The notes: generated from the sequence alone by a model not told the origin. Shown: positions 26,100 through 36,968, numbered from the stretch's first letter. The stretch: 64,000 nucleotides of DNA from a virus (IMGVR_UViG_3300025110_000007:26221-90220), one strand, 5' to 3'. Translations and numbers: made by a program.

Positions 26100-28139
26100 T
26101 CAACAATGGAACAGGGTATCTGTGCTAATTACTTTTATGTGCTTTGGGTGCACCTTAATCTTGCTGTGGAGTAGTCCCTTATCATCAGGTACAGGGATGG
26201 GAGCCTGTGTGATGACATAGTCGTCAATCAACAACCGCATCTGCTGGGCTCCGTTGCTGGCAGATGTGCTGGGCTTAGTGAAGAGCATCTCGATGATTGA
26301 ACTGTCTGAGTTCACGGTGCCACTGACTTCACGATGTGTGCGGAGTTCATGCCATAGAAGCGGGTCACGAATAATGACATCCATTTCCAACTCAAATTCT
26401 TCACGGCCTTCACGAATGATGGAAGCGTTTCTGGTACCACCGTATGGGACTTGTTTGATGGACCGATTAGCAGAGTCAACGGTTTCTGGCACAGGCGTAC
26501 CACCTACAACATGGAACGGCTCAACACCTGTCTTACCTCTCAATTCAAACGAAGAGATGTAGCCGATGTCTTGGTCGTATGCTTTGATGCTACTGTTGTA
26601 AAACATGAATGGCTTCTCAGAACCCTTGGCTATGCCTGCTTCTTTGCGCCCCTTCGCATCTGTTGCTGTGTTTTGGAACAACCTGTGAGCGGTGTACCTG
26701 TCACCTGCGTTGCTACTTTCCAAACGACCTGTGTCGGTGTAGCAAGAAAGCGCATCGAAGATGCACCGGTACTTAACCTCAGCATCAGTAGTGGCCGTCA
26801 ATTCCCACTCAACAACTTTGCATCCACGGAAGATACGGGTCAGTTGCTTTGAATCAGTTGAGGAGCCGGGTGCGTTGCTGTTTTCTAAGGGGTACGAACC
26901 TACATCACGATTGCGAATGCTGTGCTCTATGCAGAAAGAAGGAACTGTTTCGGCAGAAAACAAGAGCCTACTGACGGGATTTTGGATGCGCCCTGCATCA
27001 TTTACATGAGGGCTTCCTGTGGAGTTATCAGAAGCAAATCTGAATGCATAGATACCGTCAGATGTAGTGTGTTCGTAATGAAGTGCATCATCAAGATAGC
27101 ACCGATAATCACTGCTCCCAAGGTCTTCAATAGCAAGCACCCTGCGTATTTCACTGGTGACTGTTTGGTCGAAATGATGGCTCTCACTTGTGATGCCTGA
27201 ACTGCCATGGGCAGGTGGCCAAAATTGCGAAGATGTCCCTTCGACACCCTTGTAATAGACAGTTGGTGCGAGAGTAGCATCTTGGAAAAGAATGTAGTCA
27301 CCCACTGCCAGAGTGTGACCATTGAAATCCAAACCATTGACATCAGCGTAGGTCTGTCCGGGGACGACTGTGGCTACCAATGTGTTGGCCTTGCTATACC
27401 CGTTGGCAAGCAATGAGGTGTCGTTGATGGTTTCTCTGCCGAGGCTGTAATACAACCAACGAGGATTGTGAAGAGGCATCTCTATTTGACCGCCTCTGTG
27501 ATGCACTCGTCCTGTTTGTTGCAGAGCCGCTTGTCGACCAAGACCTATGATGTGATGTCGAAGGAGTTCAACCTCAGTGTCGGGCAATTTCATGTGCGAA
27601 GCCAAGCCAATGAACTGGTCAATGGTCGATACCTCTTTGCTCGTAGTAGCGGCGCTGTTCATTGCAAAAGCAGTGTCTCCACTGTAAATCGAAGGCAGTC
27701 CCAACGAATGGATGAAGAGTGAGTCACCAGTGTTGCTGGACCGAGCACTTGTTGCGTGTTCCAGTGCAGGAACAATTTTGATTTGTGTTTCTGTACCAGA
27801 AAGCGTATGGTCCACAATTGAATACACCTTGCTGTCAAAACCGTCAGAATAAAAATCAACGAATTGCTGGGCTCCTCCTCCGACACCAGAGGGGTGGAAG
27901 GTCAACTTTTGACCAATAAGCATGCCAAGGGGTACCTTGAGGATGGTTTTTCCAGATTCAAAGATAGTGACATTGTCAGAGCCTACATTGGTCTTGAACG
28001 CCAGCGTAGTATAATCAGGAGTGCTGGCCGACCAAGTCGTCTGCCATGTACACGGTTGCCCTGACTGAATGTACAGTCCTGTTTCGTGTCCCATAAGGAC
28101 TTCCGACACATCACCCTTGTACGCTTGGCTGGCAGACAT
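26100..28139 (-). CDS. Major tail tube protein with insertion domains
   Basis: 'PSFCIE', 'RIFRGCKVVEWELTA', 'PFMFY', 'ISSFEL' and 'EGREEFELEMDV' are tube-fold patterns; start MSASQAYKG. Confidence 0.7.
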   Translation of the reverse strand: MSASQAYKGDVSEVLMGHETGLYIQSGQPCTWQTTWSASTPDYTTLAFKTNVGSDNVTIFESGKTILKVPLGMLIGQKLTFHPSGVGGGAQQFVDFYSDGFDSKVYSIVDHTLSGTETQIKIVPALEHATSARSSNTGDSLFIHSLGLPSIYSGDTAFAMNSAATTSKEVSTIDQFIGLASHMKLPDTEVELLRHHIIGLGRQAALQQTGRVHHRGGQIEMPLHNPRWLYYSLGRETINDTSLLANGYSKANTLVATVVPGQTYADVNGLDFNGHTLAVGDYILFQDATLAPTVYYKGVEGTSSQFWPPAHGSSGITSESHHFDQTVTSEIRRVLAIEDLGSSDYRCYLDDALHYEHTTSDGIYAFRFASDNSTGSPHVNDAGRIQNPVSRLLFSAETVPSFCIEHSIRNRDVGSYPLENSNAPGSSTDSKQLTRIFRGCKVVEWELTATTDAEVKYRCIFDALSCYTDTGRLESSNAGDRYTAHRLFQNTATDAKGRKEAGIAKGSEKPFMFYNSSIKAYDQDIGYISSFELRGKTGVEPFHVVGGTPVPETVDSANRSIKQVPYGGTRNASIIREGREEFELEMDVIIRDPLLWHELRTHREVSGTVNSDSSIIEMLFTKPSTSASNGAQQMRLLIDDYVITQAPIPVPDDKGLLHSKIKVHPKHIKVISTDTLFHC

Positions 28140-28143
28140 GTTA

Positions 28144-28584
28144 TCACGCACCCACTGGGTCAGCCAGTACTACGACCTCAACTTGAAAAGTGTGCCGGAA
28201 GAGTTTCTTCGTCCGGTCGCTCAAATCTGTTCTGGTCTTGAAAAGCATACGGTCAAAGTTGACGCCGTCGCCTTTCCTGTCAGCGTGTATCAAACGGCGC
28301 AGTTCATCTTCCATAAGGCGCAGGTGAGCACGGGACTTTGCTGTACGGATGTCAACAGTGATGTTGATACGGGTCATGACAAAATTGTACAGGAGGTCAG
28401 GCACATCTTCGTTGTGCGCTGTTTCGTACAGAAGAACGAAGTCCGAGCGTTGCAAGTCCTGTCGCTTACCTCGTTCAGGCGTAGCGTCAGCAATGTCGAG
28501 GATGACTGGCTTGATGTTTTTTGTGTTGGCCCTGTTCCACTTCTCAAGTGTTTCGATAACGAGGTCGAGTGCTTCCTTTGCCAT
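28144..28584 (-). CDS. Tail terminator/completion protein (tentative)
   Basis: 146 aa between adaptor and tube genes; 'INITVDIRT...EDELRRLI...RHTFQVEV' alpha/beta pattern. Confidence 0.55.
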   Translation of the reverse strand: MAKEALDLVIETLEKWNRANTKNIKPVILDIADATPERGKRQDLQRSDFVLLYETAHNEDVPDLLYNFVMTRINITVDIRTAKSRAHLRLMEDELRRLIHADRKGDGVNFDRMLFKTRTDLSDRTKKLFRHTFQVEVVVLADPVGA

Positions 28585-28593
28585 ACATAACCC

Positions 28594-30237
28594 TCACTCA
28601 AACACAACGACTTCTTTGTAGCGAGTCAAAATTGAATTGGCTTCCTTCTTCCACATCTCTGCCTTTTGTGCAAGCGTGATGTTCTGACTGCCTTCTGGGA
28701 TGAGTACGCTTCTGTCGTCAGCCATGATGAGGTCGACGGCGACGAGTTTAGTTGCCGCTTCTTCGATTGCCTTTTCCAAGTACCGCTCGCCATAGATGTA
28801 GGATGCTTTGATTGCGTTGAACTCAAAGAACGGGTACGAGTTGTTGAAGTAAATGATACCCATTTCGTGGTCGAGCCACCAGTCCTTGAGTCGACCTTGG
28901 TCACCACCAGCATCAGAAAACGCCCCAATGTCTGATTGGAATTTATGCTGTGTCCAATCAAAGGTGTCATCGTCACTGAATGTACCATGCAACAAAATAC
29001 CTTGGCTGAGCACTGTGCCGCTGTTAGCACGATAGCCGATGATGCAGACCCCTCCTTCGGGGTTCACTCCTCTGACTATACCATAGTCAAGGAAAGAGGA
29101 CGAGTCAGTAAATGTAATGGTAAAGGCACCTGCTCCCGGCGTAGCATCAATCGTTCCTGATGCTTCAACAGAAGTGGTCTGTGAAATCGCCAAATTAGTC
29201 GAGTCGCTCACAGCAATCGAAGCAGACTCACCTCCCTTGGTCTGGCGCATGCTTGTAATTTTCAACTTGCCGTTGCCGTAATCTGAGTTGGCTGTGGCTA
29301 AGAACTCATGATTGACAAACATACTGCGTGAGCCTGTTGATGTCGAAGCATCGGGGAGTGTGAAGGTCGTGCCGTCAGGACTTGCAAAGGACGCTGTTGT
29401 GTCAAATGCAACAGTGCCTCTTCCAGTGCGGTCCTCGTGGTTTATCAAATCCGCAAGATTCTGAGCGGCTGTGACTTTGTCGAATGTGGCATCCCATTGC
29501 TGGGTGCCTGTACCTACTGCCAACTTGGCAAAGCCTCCTCCTCCGGGTGACATGTACACAGCATCGCTTGCAAGTGCTGTGTAATCAACAATTTCAAGAC
29601 GGGCCTCTGCTGAACCAATCTCACGATAGTTCTCGCCCTGCCACATCTCAATGCGCAAGACTTGCTGAACATTGCGGAAGAGCAGTGGGGCTGTACCAAC
29701 ATAGTCAGTAAAGTACCGTCGACGGTACGGCTTGTAGGTGTCGAAGTTGATGTACTCGGCGGCCACAATATAGGGTCGCCAAGCATTGTGAGTGTAATTG
29801 TCGATACGGTCCTGTACTTCTTTGATACGCTGTTCGACATGTGCTTTGGTCACGCCACGGCGCTTGGCTGTGAATGACGCTGTGTTTTGTACATAGGTGT
29901 TCTTTGCCACTGTGTATGTAGCGGCAGTGACTGTGCCACTTTCAAAGGGCAACTTGACACCTGTGGTGTGCGAAGTAGGCGCAGATATTTTCTTTTCAAA
30001 ACCCAACGGGTCATCATCAGAATAGACGAAGATAGTATCACCTGCACTAAACCCGTGTTCACGGAAGTCATTACCTGTGACAAACACGCCGTCTGTTGCA
30101 GAGTCTGCGCCTACGAGAACAGCCTCTCCCGGTCCAACACCAAGAAGGTCTGCTACCTTCTGTGCGTTTGTGTACACAATCTCCTCTGGATGCAGAGGAC
30201 GGGTTTCGACCTCACCGGGACTGAATACTGCTGGCAT
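28594..30237 (-). CDS. Head-tail adaptor (gp6/gp15-like) with large insertions
   Basis: N-terminal 'YTNAQKVADLL..IKEVQDRIDNYT' and C-terminal 'ASYIYG..IEEAATKLVA..WKKEANSILTRY'. Confidence 0.65.
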   Translation of the reverse strand: MPAVFSPGEVETRPLHPEEIVYTNAQKVADLLGVGPGEAVLVGADSATDGVFVTGNDFREHGFSAGDTIFVYSDDDPLGFEKKISAPTSHTTGVKLPFESGTVTAATYTVAKNTYVQNTASFTAKRRGVTKAHVEQRIKEVQDRIDNYTHNAWRPYIVAAEYINFDTYKPYRRRYFTDYVGTAPLLFRNVQQVLRIEMWQGENYREIGSAEARLEIVDYTALASDAVYMSPGGGGFAKLAVGTGTQQWDATFDKVTAAQNLADLINHEDRTGRGTVAFDTTASFASPDGTTFTLPDASTSTGSRSMFVNHEFLATANSDYGNGKLKITSMRQTKGGESASIAVSDSTNLAISQTTSVEASGTIDATPGAGAFTITFTDSSSFLDYGIVRGVNPEGGVCIIGYRANSGTVLSQGILLHGTFSDDDTFDWTQHKFQSDIGAFSDAGGDQGRLKDWWLDHEMGIIYFNNSYPFFEFNAIKASYIYGERYLEKAIEEAATKLVAVDLIMADDRSVLIPEGSQNITLAQKAEMWKKEANSILTRYKEVVVFE

Positions 30238-30243
30238 CGAACA

Positions 30244-32670
30244 TCACACGCCCTTGTAGTACAAGTCGTGTTGGATTCCTTTTAGAAGTTGCGTTCCAAG
30301 TGACATTGGGAAACCTGTTTCAACATTATCAGGATTCATTGCTTCGTTGATGAGTCTTGCAATCCTTTCTTCGTCGGTTTCTGGCTCTGGCGGAGGTGGT
30401 GCATTTTGTCCTTGAGTAAAGTCGATGGCAGGAGTGTTTGCTTCATACTTTTCATCACGCCGTTGACCTCTTTCGTTGAGGCGTTGTATCTTTGCATCAG
30501 GTTGGACTGCTCCGACTCTGTCGAGTGTGCTGTCAAAGGCTCGTGCTTCTGCACTCTGCTCTGCCGTGACTGGCATGACTGCTCCACGAGCCTGACTTGG
30601 AAGACCTTGGATTGGTGCGTCCGGGTCGAATCCTCCACGCTTTGCTCCGGCTCTAAGTTCGGATGGTGCGTTTTCCATGTCCACAACATTACCTCGCTGG
30701 AAGTCCCGAGCAAGACCAGCAAGACCAGCAGTAGGTGCAGGAGTACCAGCCGCTCTGCGAGCACCCGACCTTCCTTCTATGATGGCTTGTAGTGACAATT
30801 CAGCAGTGTTTTTCTCCTGAATTTTTCGCTGTAAATCTGCTTCCATTCGTTCTTGCATGGGGTTCTTACGACCTCTCTGTCGCAGTTGTGCTGTTTTTTC
30901 GCCTTGTTCTGCAATCAGTTCGCGCTGAGCATTTACCGCTTCTCTCAATCGTTGAACCGTGCTCCTTGCCTCATCAATGTTCACTCCGCCTTCAAGTCCA
31001 GCACGGGATTGCATAGCCTCTTCGACTGTCCTGTCGTATTCACTTTGTACAATACCGGTTAGGTCATCAGGCCTTTCTGCCTCGGCTCTTTGGTGAATCA
31101 TCATAGCAGATTGAAGAGCGTCTTCAATAGGGTCGTCTGTTCGTTCTGTACCAAAACCGAATTGGGTGGCAGGGGTACCGAACATTTCATCAGCCTTATC
31201 TTGAGTCATCAAAGGTCGCTCTGCTCCGGCCTCATATCCTCCTTGCTCTTCAAATCTCTTCTCTTCTGATTCGGCAAATTCACGACGGGCCCTGTCATCA
31301 GCCAAATCAATTGCATCAAGCCGGTTTAAAGCGAAATTCCTGAATCGTTCAAATTCTTTTGGATTTGCCTGTGCCTTGTCTGCACCAAATGTGTTTAGGA
31401 TTCGTTGGTCCAACCGTGAAGACTGTGTTTCAGAATCAGGCTTGCGTTGAACTACACCTTGTACATCGACCTTTTCTCCTTGTCCTACGGTGAGTTCTTG
31501 GAGGTCTTCTGCACTCATTCCCAAATTAGGACTGCTTGCCTGTTGCATGAGTTCTCGCAACTGTTGTTCCATTCTTTGTTGAACAGGGTTTTCAGCCCCT
31601 TGTCGACCTAATTCAGCAGTTCTTTCTTTTTCTGCTTCTATGCCTTCTTGTAATTGACGAATTCGCGGGCCAAGGTCTTGTTGCACCATATCGTCATCAT
31701 CACTCATTCGGTCTATTTCTCCAAACGCCGTCGCTAAGGTAGGATTTCCTTCGGGAATAGCATCGGGGAAATGCTCCCGCATCATTTCCACAGCAAGTTG
31801 TTCTTGCTGACTTGGGACAGTGACTTGAGGGAAATTGCGCTTTACTTGTGCAAGTGCTTCCTCGGGTGTTGTTGGTATGCTCTTGTCTGTGACAGCCAGC
31901 CCTTGTGAGTTGATGATATGAGCCAGTACTTCAGGGTCTTCCCGCATAGAATGCAAAGCCATGGCAACTTCCATGAATTCTCTTTGTTGCTTATCCTCTT
32001 CGGTCGTAATACCTGTACGCTCCATCAGACGGGTATAACCAAAAAGTTGAGCGGCCCTATCAGGGTTTGCATTAATATATCTACGAAGTAATCTACTCAT
32101 AGGTATTGTATCTCGTGGCCCATTTTTTGAACGGAATAAATCATTTGTACCCGACGGGTCCTGTACAAGCATGTTGTGGCTAATGCCTGCGCCTTCTGCT
32201 CCTCCCTCTTGATTTTCGATAACGATTCTTTTCAATTTACCGTTTTCGGTCAGCACCTTACGAGCCTTTGCTCCAAGGCCGTACTTGAAGCCGGGTGGGA
32301 TAGCAACAGACTCGGCGTCTGGTTGCATTGATGCAGACGGTTGTGCTTCGGTAGGAGGAGATGCCGAAGTACCACTAAGAGCAATGTTTGGTAGTACTTC
32401 CTCAGTGAACTTCTTTCCTTCACGGATGTTGGCAGTCTGCTGTCTGCGCTTCTTTTCGGTTTCTCTTGCAACTTCTTCACCCAACTCCGCCGCCCTTTGT
32501 TCGGGAGTTTTCTTTGCCTGTTCGGCTAAAGATTCTGGTGTTATACCCATGCGGTCAAGAATATCTTGTTTAATCCGCTCTCTTTCTTCCTTGCTACTAC
32601 TGCCTGAAAAATTACGCATAGCCTCATCGTCTTTGTCGCCCATTCCTTTGCGTACAAGTATTCTGCTCAT
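30244..32670 (-). CDS. Helical Glu/Gln/Arg-rich protein, putative internal virion protein
   Basis: Coiled-coil composition with an internal repeat (LGRQGAENPVQQRME / LRQRGRKNPMQERME); tag-like TGFPMSLGTQLLKG near the C-terminus. Confidence 0.7.
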   Translation of the reverse strand: MSRILVRKGMGDKDDEAMRNFSGSSSKEERERIKQDILDRMGITPESLAEQAKKTPEQRAAELGEEVARETEKKRRQQTANIREGKKFTEEVLPNIALSGTSASPPTEAQPSASMQPDAESVAIPPGFKYGLGAKARKVLTENGKLKRIVIENQEGGAEGAGISHNMLVQDPSGTNDLFRSKNGPRDTIPMSRLLRRYINANPDRAAQLFGYTRLMERTGITTEEDKQQREFMEVAMALHSMREDPEVLAHIINSQGLAVTDKSIPTTPEEALAQVKRNFPQVTVPSQQEQLAVEMMREHFPDAIPEGNPTLATAFGEIDRMSDDDDMVQQDLGPRIRQLQEGIEAEKERTAELGRQGAENPVQQRMEQQLRELMQQASSPNLGMSAEDLQELTVGQGEKVDVQGVVQRKPDSETQSSRLDQRILNTFGADKAQANPKEFERFRNFALNRLDAIDLADDRARREFAESEEKRFEEQGGYEAGAERPLMTQDKADEMFGTPATQFGFGTERTDDPIEDALQSAMMIHQRAEAERPDDLTGIVQSEYDRTVEEAMQSRAGLEGGVNIDEARSTVQRLREAVNAQRELIAEQGEKTAQLRQRGRKNPMQERMEADLQRKIQEKNTAELSLQAIIEGRSGARRAAGTPAPTAGLAGLARDFQRGNVVDMENAPSELRAGAKRGGFDPDAPIQGLPSQARGAVMPVTAEQSAEARAFDSTLDRVGAVQPDAKIQRLNERGQRRDEKYEANTPAIDFTQGQNAPPPPEPETDEERIARLINEAMNPDNVETGFPMSLGTQLLKGIQHDLYYKGV

Positions 32671-32675
32671 TCATG

Positions 32676-32969
32676 TCACGCTCCAGATTCATCGTGTGTT
32701 CCAAGGTTGAAGTCCATTTTTTGACCACAGGTTCGACATTTGTCGACCCAACAGAAGTACAGCATGCCGCACGCCTTACACCGTGTACCTGAGCCAATGT
32801 TCATAACATCTGCGGCTTTACTGGTACGAACCCGTTGCTTTTGGGTGATGCCCTCTAACGGACGCTCTGTGTTAAACACTGAGCCACTGCCGTAAGATTC
32901 TGCAAGGCGGATGCCACGCTTCTGCAAGCGTTCGATTTCTTCCAAGCCAAGGTTGTTTTGTGACTCCAT
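32676..32969 (-). CDS. Zn-ribbon protein
   Basis: CKACG...CRTCG. Confidence 0.7.
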   Translation of the reverse strand: MESQNNLGLEEIERLQKRGIRLAESYGSGSVFNTERPLEGITQKQRVRTSKAADVMNIGSGTRCKACGMLYFCWVDKCRTCGQKMDFNLGTHDESGA

Positions 32970-32978
32970 TCAATCGCC

Positions 32979-33197
32979 TCAGACTGTGTAGGTGAGGAGG
33001 AAGTAATGGTTGCCAAGTGACATGAAAGGCTCGATAGTGACAAGAGCGGTAGTGTTTGCGGCGGCTACACCAAGAGCACCTGTGCCACCAGTGGCACGAA
33101 TGTCTGCTTGGATGAGCGCAGTTGCCGTACCATCAGCCATAGCACGAGGGCTATAAGGGCCGATGACTCGGGTTCCATATCCACTGAGTACTGCCAT
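32979..33197 (-). CDS. Small structural protein (possible capsid decoration)
   Basis: GAGGTGA SD; lies downstream of MCP. Confidence 0.55.
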   Translation of the reverse strand: MAVLSGYGTRVIGPYSPRAMADGTATALIQADIRATGGTGALGVAAANTTALVTIEPFMSLGNHYFLLTYTV

Positions 33198-33208
33198 CGT
33201 TGGTCACC

Positions 33209-33517
33209 TCAAGAGCGGCGACCAATTGCAATGAATGTACCTGCGGCTGTGCCGCCGCCACCTGTTTGAAGTGGGTCCAGAATTGTAATCGTGGTTCCAC
33301 TAACAGCGATTTGGTTGTTCATGTTGAGCACAATTTCTGCGGCACTGTTTCCCGCTTCGGGTAAAGAAACGCTAATTGCGGCACTGTTTGTGCCAGCAAA
33401 GTCAATGCTTGAGAGTTGAGAACTCAAATTGATAGTCGTATCACCTGCTTCATAAGAACCTGTGATTACCATTCGGTCACCGAAAACGGTTGGTCGGGGG
33501 TCAATTGTAATAGCCAT
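33209..33517 (-). CDS. Small beta-rich structural protein (possible capsid decoration)
   Basis: T/A/G-rich; translationally coupled to its neighbour. Confidence 0.6.
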   Translation of the reverse strand: MAITIDPRPTVFGDRMVITGSYEAGDTTINLSSQLSSIDFAGTNSAAISVSLPEAGNSAAEIVLNMNNQIAVSGTTITILDPLQTGGGGTAAGTFIAIGRRS

Positions 33518-33936
33518 TATTGTTCATCTCCTGTTGTTGATTCTGGTTGTGCCTCTGCGGGTTCTTCTGCGACTGGCGCAGGTTCTTCCGGCTCTGGTAC
33601 AGGCTCTGGTGCGGGTTCTGGGTTAAGAACATTTTCGACCATGCCAAGGAGGGTTGCTTTGGTTGCATACTTGCCAACCGTTGCACCGTTGTCCTTTAGC
33701 CAAGCCGTGATGTCCTTTCGTGTCCATCCCTCATCAGGTAAGCCATCTTCACCGAGGTCTGTGGTCACAGGTTCTGGATTGTCGCCTTCGATTCTCCACC
33801 ATTTGGCAGAGAACCGGTGACGGTATTGATTCAAGAACTCCTGTGTCACTTCCAAGGGTTGGTGACGGATTGCCACCAATCGTGTACAAGGAACCCTTCG
33901 TTCATAGAAGGGGCCAAGTGAAGTCACCGTAGGCAA
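33517..33936 (-). CDS. HeH/LEM(Rho-N)-like domain protein
   Basis: 'WTRKDITAWLKDNG....ATKATLL' helix-extended-helix, followed by a PE-rich tail. Confidence 0.6.
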   Translation of the reverse strand: MPTVTSLGPFYERRVPCTRLVAIRHQPLEVTQEFLNQYRHRFSAKWWRIEGDNPEPVTTDLGEDGLPDEGWTRKDITAWLKDNGATVGKYATKATLLGMVENVLNPEPAPEPVPEPEEPAPVAEEPAEAQPESTTGDEQ

Positions 33937-33945
33937 TTAACCACC

Positions 33946-34338
33946 TCAGTTATACATCACCAAAACGCTCGATGTGTTAGCCGAGCCACTTAGGTATTGT
34001 AGAGTAATGGTTAGGCTTGATACGCTTGCGCCCACTGATACAGCGGCAGTGCCGGTATCGGTTGTAAATGCACCCAAGATGGAAGTAATTCCACCTGATA
34101 GGATGATTGTTTCGCCGTCTGCTCCGCCAGTGACGCTGATAAGTGCCATCTTTGGTGCTGGGTCGTAGCCGTTTGCTCCATCGCTGTTAGAAGCGTTGAA
34201 GGTTCCCGGTCCACCGCCGGGGTATGCGACATCTGCCGCTCCGTCTAACCACTCTGTGGTGCTTTGAGAGCCTGCTCGTAGTTCCCATGCTCCAACGAGT
34301 GTTGCTGTTGCTGTTCCTGCTAATGATAATTCTTGCAT
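33946..34338 (-). CDS. Capsid decoration/cement-like protein
   Basis: Immediately after MCP; A/G/S/T-rich beta composition. Confidence 0.55.
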   Translation of the reverse strand: MQELSLAGTATATLVGAWELRAGSQSTTEWLDGAADVAYPGGGPGTFNASNSDGANGYDPAPKMALISVTGGADGETIILSGGITSILGAFTTDTGTAAVSVGASVSSLTITLQYLSGSANTSSVLVMYN

Positions 34339-34375
34339 AATTTTTCATCTCCATGTTGTTTGTTCACCATCAATC

Positions 34376-35560
34376 TCAAGACAAGTCTCGGATTGAACCA
34401 TGACCTCCAAAGAAAGTTGTCCAGACTTCACCCATTGTTCGGTAAAGTCCCTCTTGACCGAGGCGGTTAATGGCGAATGGGTCACCGGTTTCAATACCAG
34501 ACTCGTAGTACTGAGTTGGTTTTGCAACACTAAAGTGAAGGTAGTCAGTGTCCAAGAAGTACATTCGGCTGATGCCGTCTGCTGAAACATCCTTAGATGG
34601 AATGATTGGGACGCCGTTGTAGGTAGCGACGATGAATCCGGCTTCGATACCGGGAACACCCTTGACGCCACCCATGGTTGGGGTCACACGCTTTTCTTCC
34701 ATGAACCGCTGTTGGCTCTGGAGGAGTTGTTGCAGGCGCATCAAAGTGTCATATCCTGTGAGGATGACCTTTGGATTGCCACCACGGACCCAAATCTTCT
34801 GGAAGATGTCGTCGATGTGGTCGAGGCTGAGAACACGCTCAGTCAATCCAGCGTCGGAAGCGACATTGACTTCTGCGTCGGACCAAGTGTTTGCACTTCG
34901 GTCGATGCTGTAAATGTCAAGGTCAGATGCGGCGCTCACATGCGCAGTGTGAGTAGTGGAAGAGCCACCGCTCACGGTTGCGGCATATCCAGTACCGGTG
35001 CTGTCCATGGTGCTTGCGGCGGTGATTCGGTCCAAGGACTCGTAATCGTTGCCAGCAGGAGTGTCAACATCTTGCAAAAGCATCTTGTTGATTTCCTCTG
35101 CGTGGTGCTTGCCCATTTCCTCTTTGAGGACGGAGCGGATGTCACCAAGACCGTCATCCTTGTCGTTAAGGAAGATTGCAACTTCGCTCATGTCGAAGGT
35201 GTGTGCAATGGTCTTTGGCTTTGCGGCAATGTGTTGGAAGGTAGGCTTGGTGGTTTCTGGAAGTGTTCCATTCTCAGCAATGCCGCCACCCTTGGTTGAG
35301 TCAGGGCGAGCGGTCACGACACGCCATCCAGAGCGGTCCCAAGGCTTCTTGGGCAAGATGCTGAATGCGTTGAATTCTTGGTTGAGTTGGGACCACACTT
35401 TGCGTCCGTAGATTGCTTGGTAGGTACCAGCAGTCGTCGAGAGCATTGGTGCGTCAGCCTTCAGAAGTTCGCTACCGGAGTATGCGTAGCCCATGTTTGA
35501 GCCTGCACCGTAGTAGTAGCGTTCCATATCGTTAATTGTTCGTAGGTAATTTCGTGCCAT
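34376..35560 (-). CDS. Major capsid protein (HK97 fold)
   Basis: Follows the protease; GAGGAGG SD; 'GGIAENGTLPET', 'KPKTIAHTFDMSE', 'TYNGVPIIPS', 'MYFLDTDYL' and 'LYRTMGE'. Confidence 0.9.
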   Translation of the reverse strand: MARNYLRTINDMERYYYGAGSNMGYAYSGSELLKADAPMLSTTAGTYQAIYGRKVWSQLNQEFNAFSILPKKPWDRSGWRVVTARPDSTKGGGIAENGTLPETTKPTFQHIAAKPKTIAHTFDMSEVAIFLNDKDDGLGDIRSVLKEEMGKHHAEEINKMLLQDVDTPAGNDYESLDRITAASTMDSTGTGYAATVSGGSSTTHTAHVSAASDLDIYSIDRSANTWSDAEVNVASDAGLTERVLSLDHIDDIFQKIWVRGGNPKVILTGYDTLMRLQQLLQSQQRFMEEKRVTPTMGGVKGVPGIEAGFIVATYNGVPIIPSKDVSADGISRMYFLDTDYLHFSVAKPTQYYESGIETGDPFAINRLGQEGLYRTMGEVWTTFFGGHGSIRDLS

Positions 35561-35573
35561 ATATTATTCCTCC

Positions 35574-36968
35574 TCATTCAAATGCTTTCCCCGCAAGACT
35601 GTGGACTTCGTCCCAAGACATGTTTGCGAGGTCTTCGGTTGAAGGGACATTGATGGTTGGTGCGGCGGCCGACTTGCGGATGCTTGCACCTTCGGCGGAG
35701 CCGAGGTTGTCGATGCGACTGCTCAAGGAGGCGATTGCCTTCTCGATAGAAGCAAGTGGTTGGCGTGCGTCAAATTCTTGAGCACGGCGGGATTCGACCT
35801 CTGCGGTCTGTTCCTTGGCGAGTCGGTCAGCGAACACAGTTCCAAGAGAGGACTTGAGTTGCTTTTCGATGGATGCGGCCTTGTAGGCTTCGTATGCCAT
35901 CTCGACTTGAGCGGAGGTAAGGTCGGCTGGGTGAAGGTAGCCCTTTGCAACATCTGCTTTGGAGCCACTGTTCAAGGCGGAGATTGCACCAGTCGATGGG
36001 TTGCCACCTTCTTGGGCACGGCCTTTGACTTGTCCAGCGAAGTATTCAGCACCGTCAACGGACGATGGGTTGTCGAAGCCACCAAGTTGTGCCTTCTCCA
36101 AGTTGTCGAAATGAGAGCGTGCCCCAGCGGTATCAACACCAGCAGATTTGAGGGTGTTTTCCATCCAGTTGAGGTAGTCAGATGAGATGACATCGCTGTA
36201 TTCGGATTTTGCGGCCATGTCGTGGTCGCCACCGTACATTTTGTCTTCCTTGTCCTTGTCTTCGGACATTTCTTTGCCCTTGTCTTCGGAAGGTTTATCT
36301 TCATCTTTTTCTTCTTTCTTATCATCCTTCATGGCTTCAAATGGGTTTTCGCCCTTCTCCATTCCATCAAGTCGCATGTTGATTCTGTCCAGTACGGACG
36401 ATAGTTCATTCATTGTTGTGTCTTCTGTCATATTCGTGTCCTCCTTTAGAATTCTAAAGGTTGCTTCTGGGTTGATTCCCTTTTCGCAAATCGTCACTTC
36501 GTGGAGTTCTAACTTGGAGATTTCAGTGTAATCTCCATGCTTTGAATCGGATTTGTTGACACGCTTGAAAGCCTGTCCTCCGATACTGAACCCCCGTAGG
36601 GCACCCTTGCGAATTTCATTGGCCACTTCTCGGGCCTTTTCGATGTCATCACGAAGTTTGATGACAACAAAGAGTCCGGCATCATCAACGCCGGATTTCC
36701 AAAGTCGTCCACTGCTATCAGTGTAAGAGTCGATAACCGACCCGACTTGGATGTTGGAATGTGCGAGTTGCACATTGCGGAAGTCTTCTGCTTTCATGAA
36801 CCCGCCAAATGCATCCTTTAGTGCATCACGGGTGATGAGGTCGCCTTGCTTGTCGACCATTTCGACGGAAGCATATCCTGCGACAACAAGGTCTTGACCG
36901 CTCTTCAAAATAGAAATACTACCTTCTTGGGAGAAGGGAGTGGTTCTGAGTGAAGTCGCCATGACCAT
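35574..36968 (-). CDS. HK97-type prohead protease fused to scaffold-like C-terminal region
   Basis: 'VAGYASVEMVDKQGDLI', His in 'LAHSN', 'GFSIGG' and 'LHEVTICEKGINPEATF'; charged helical tail. Confidence 0.9.
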   Translation of the reverse strand: MVMATSLRTTPFSQEGSISILKSGQDLVVAGYASVEMVDKQGDLITRDALKDAFGGFMKAEDFRNVQLAHSNIQVGSVIDSYTDSSGRLWKSGVDDAGLFVVIKLRDDIEKAREVANEIRKGALRGFSIGGQAFKRVNKSDSKHGDYTEISKLELHEVTICEKGINPEATFRILKEDTNMTEDTTMNELSSVLDRINMRLDGMEKGENPFEAMKDDKKEEKDEDKPSEDKGKEMSEDKDKEDKMYGGDHDMAAKSEYSDVISSDYLNWMENTLKSAGVDTAGARSHFDNLEKAQLGGFDNPSSVDGAEYFAGQVKGRAQEGGNPSTGAISALNSGSKADVAKGYLHPADLTSAQVEMAYEAYKAASIEKQLKSSLGTVFADRLAKEQTAEVESRRAQEFDARQPLASIEKAIASLSSRIDNLGSAEGASIRKSAAAPTINVPSTEDLANMSWDEVHSLAGKAFE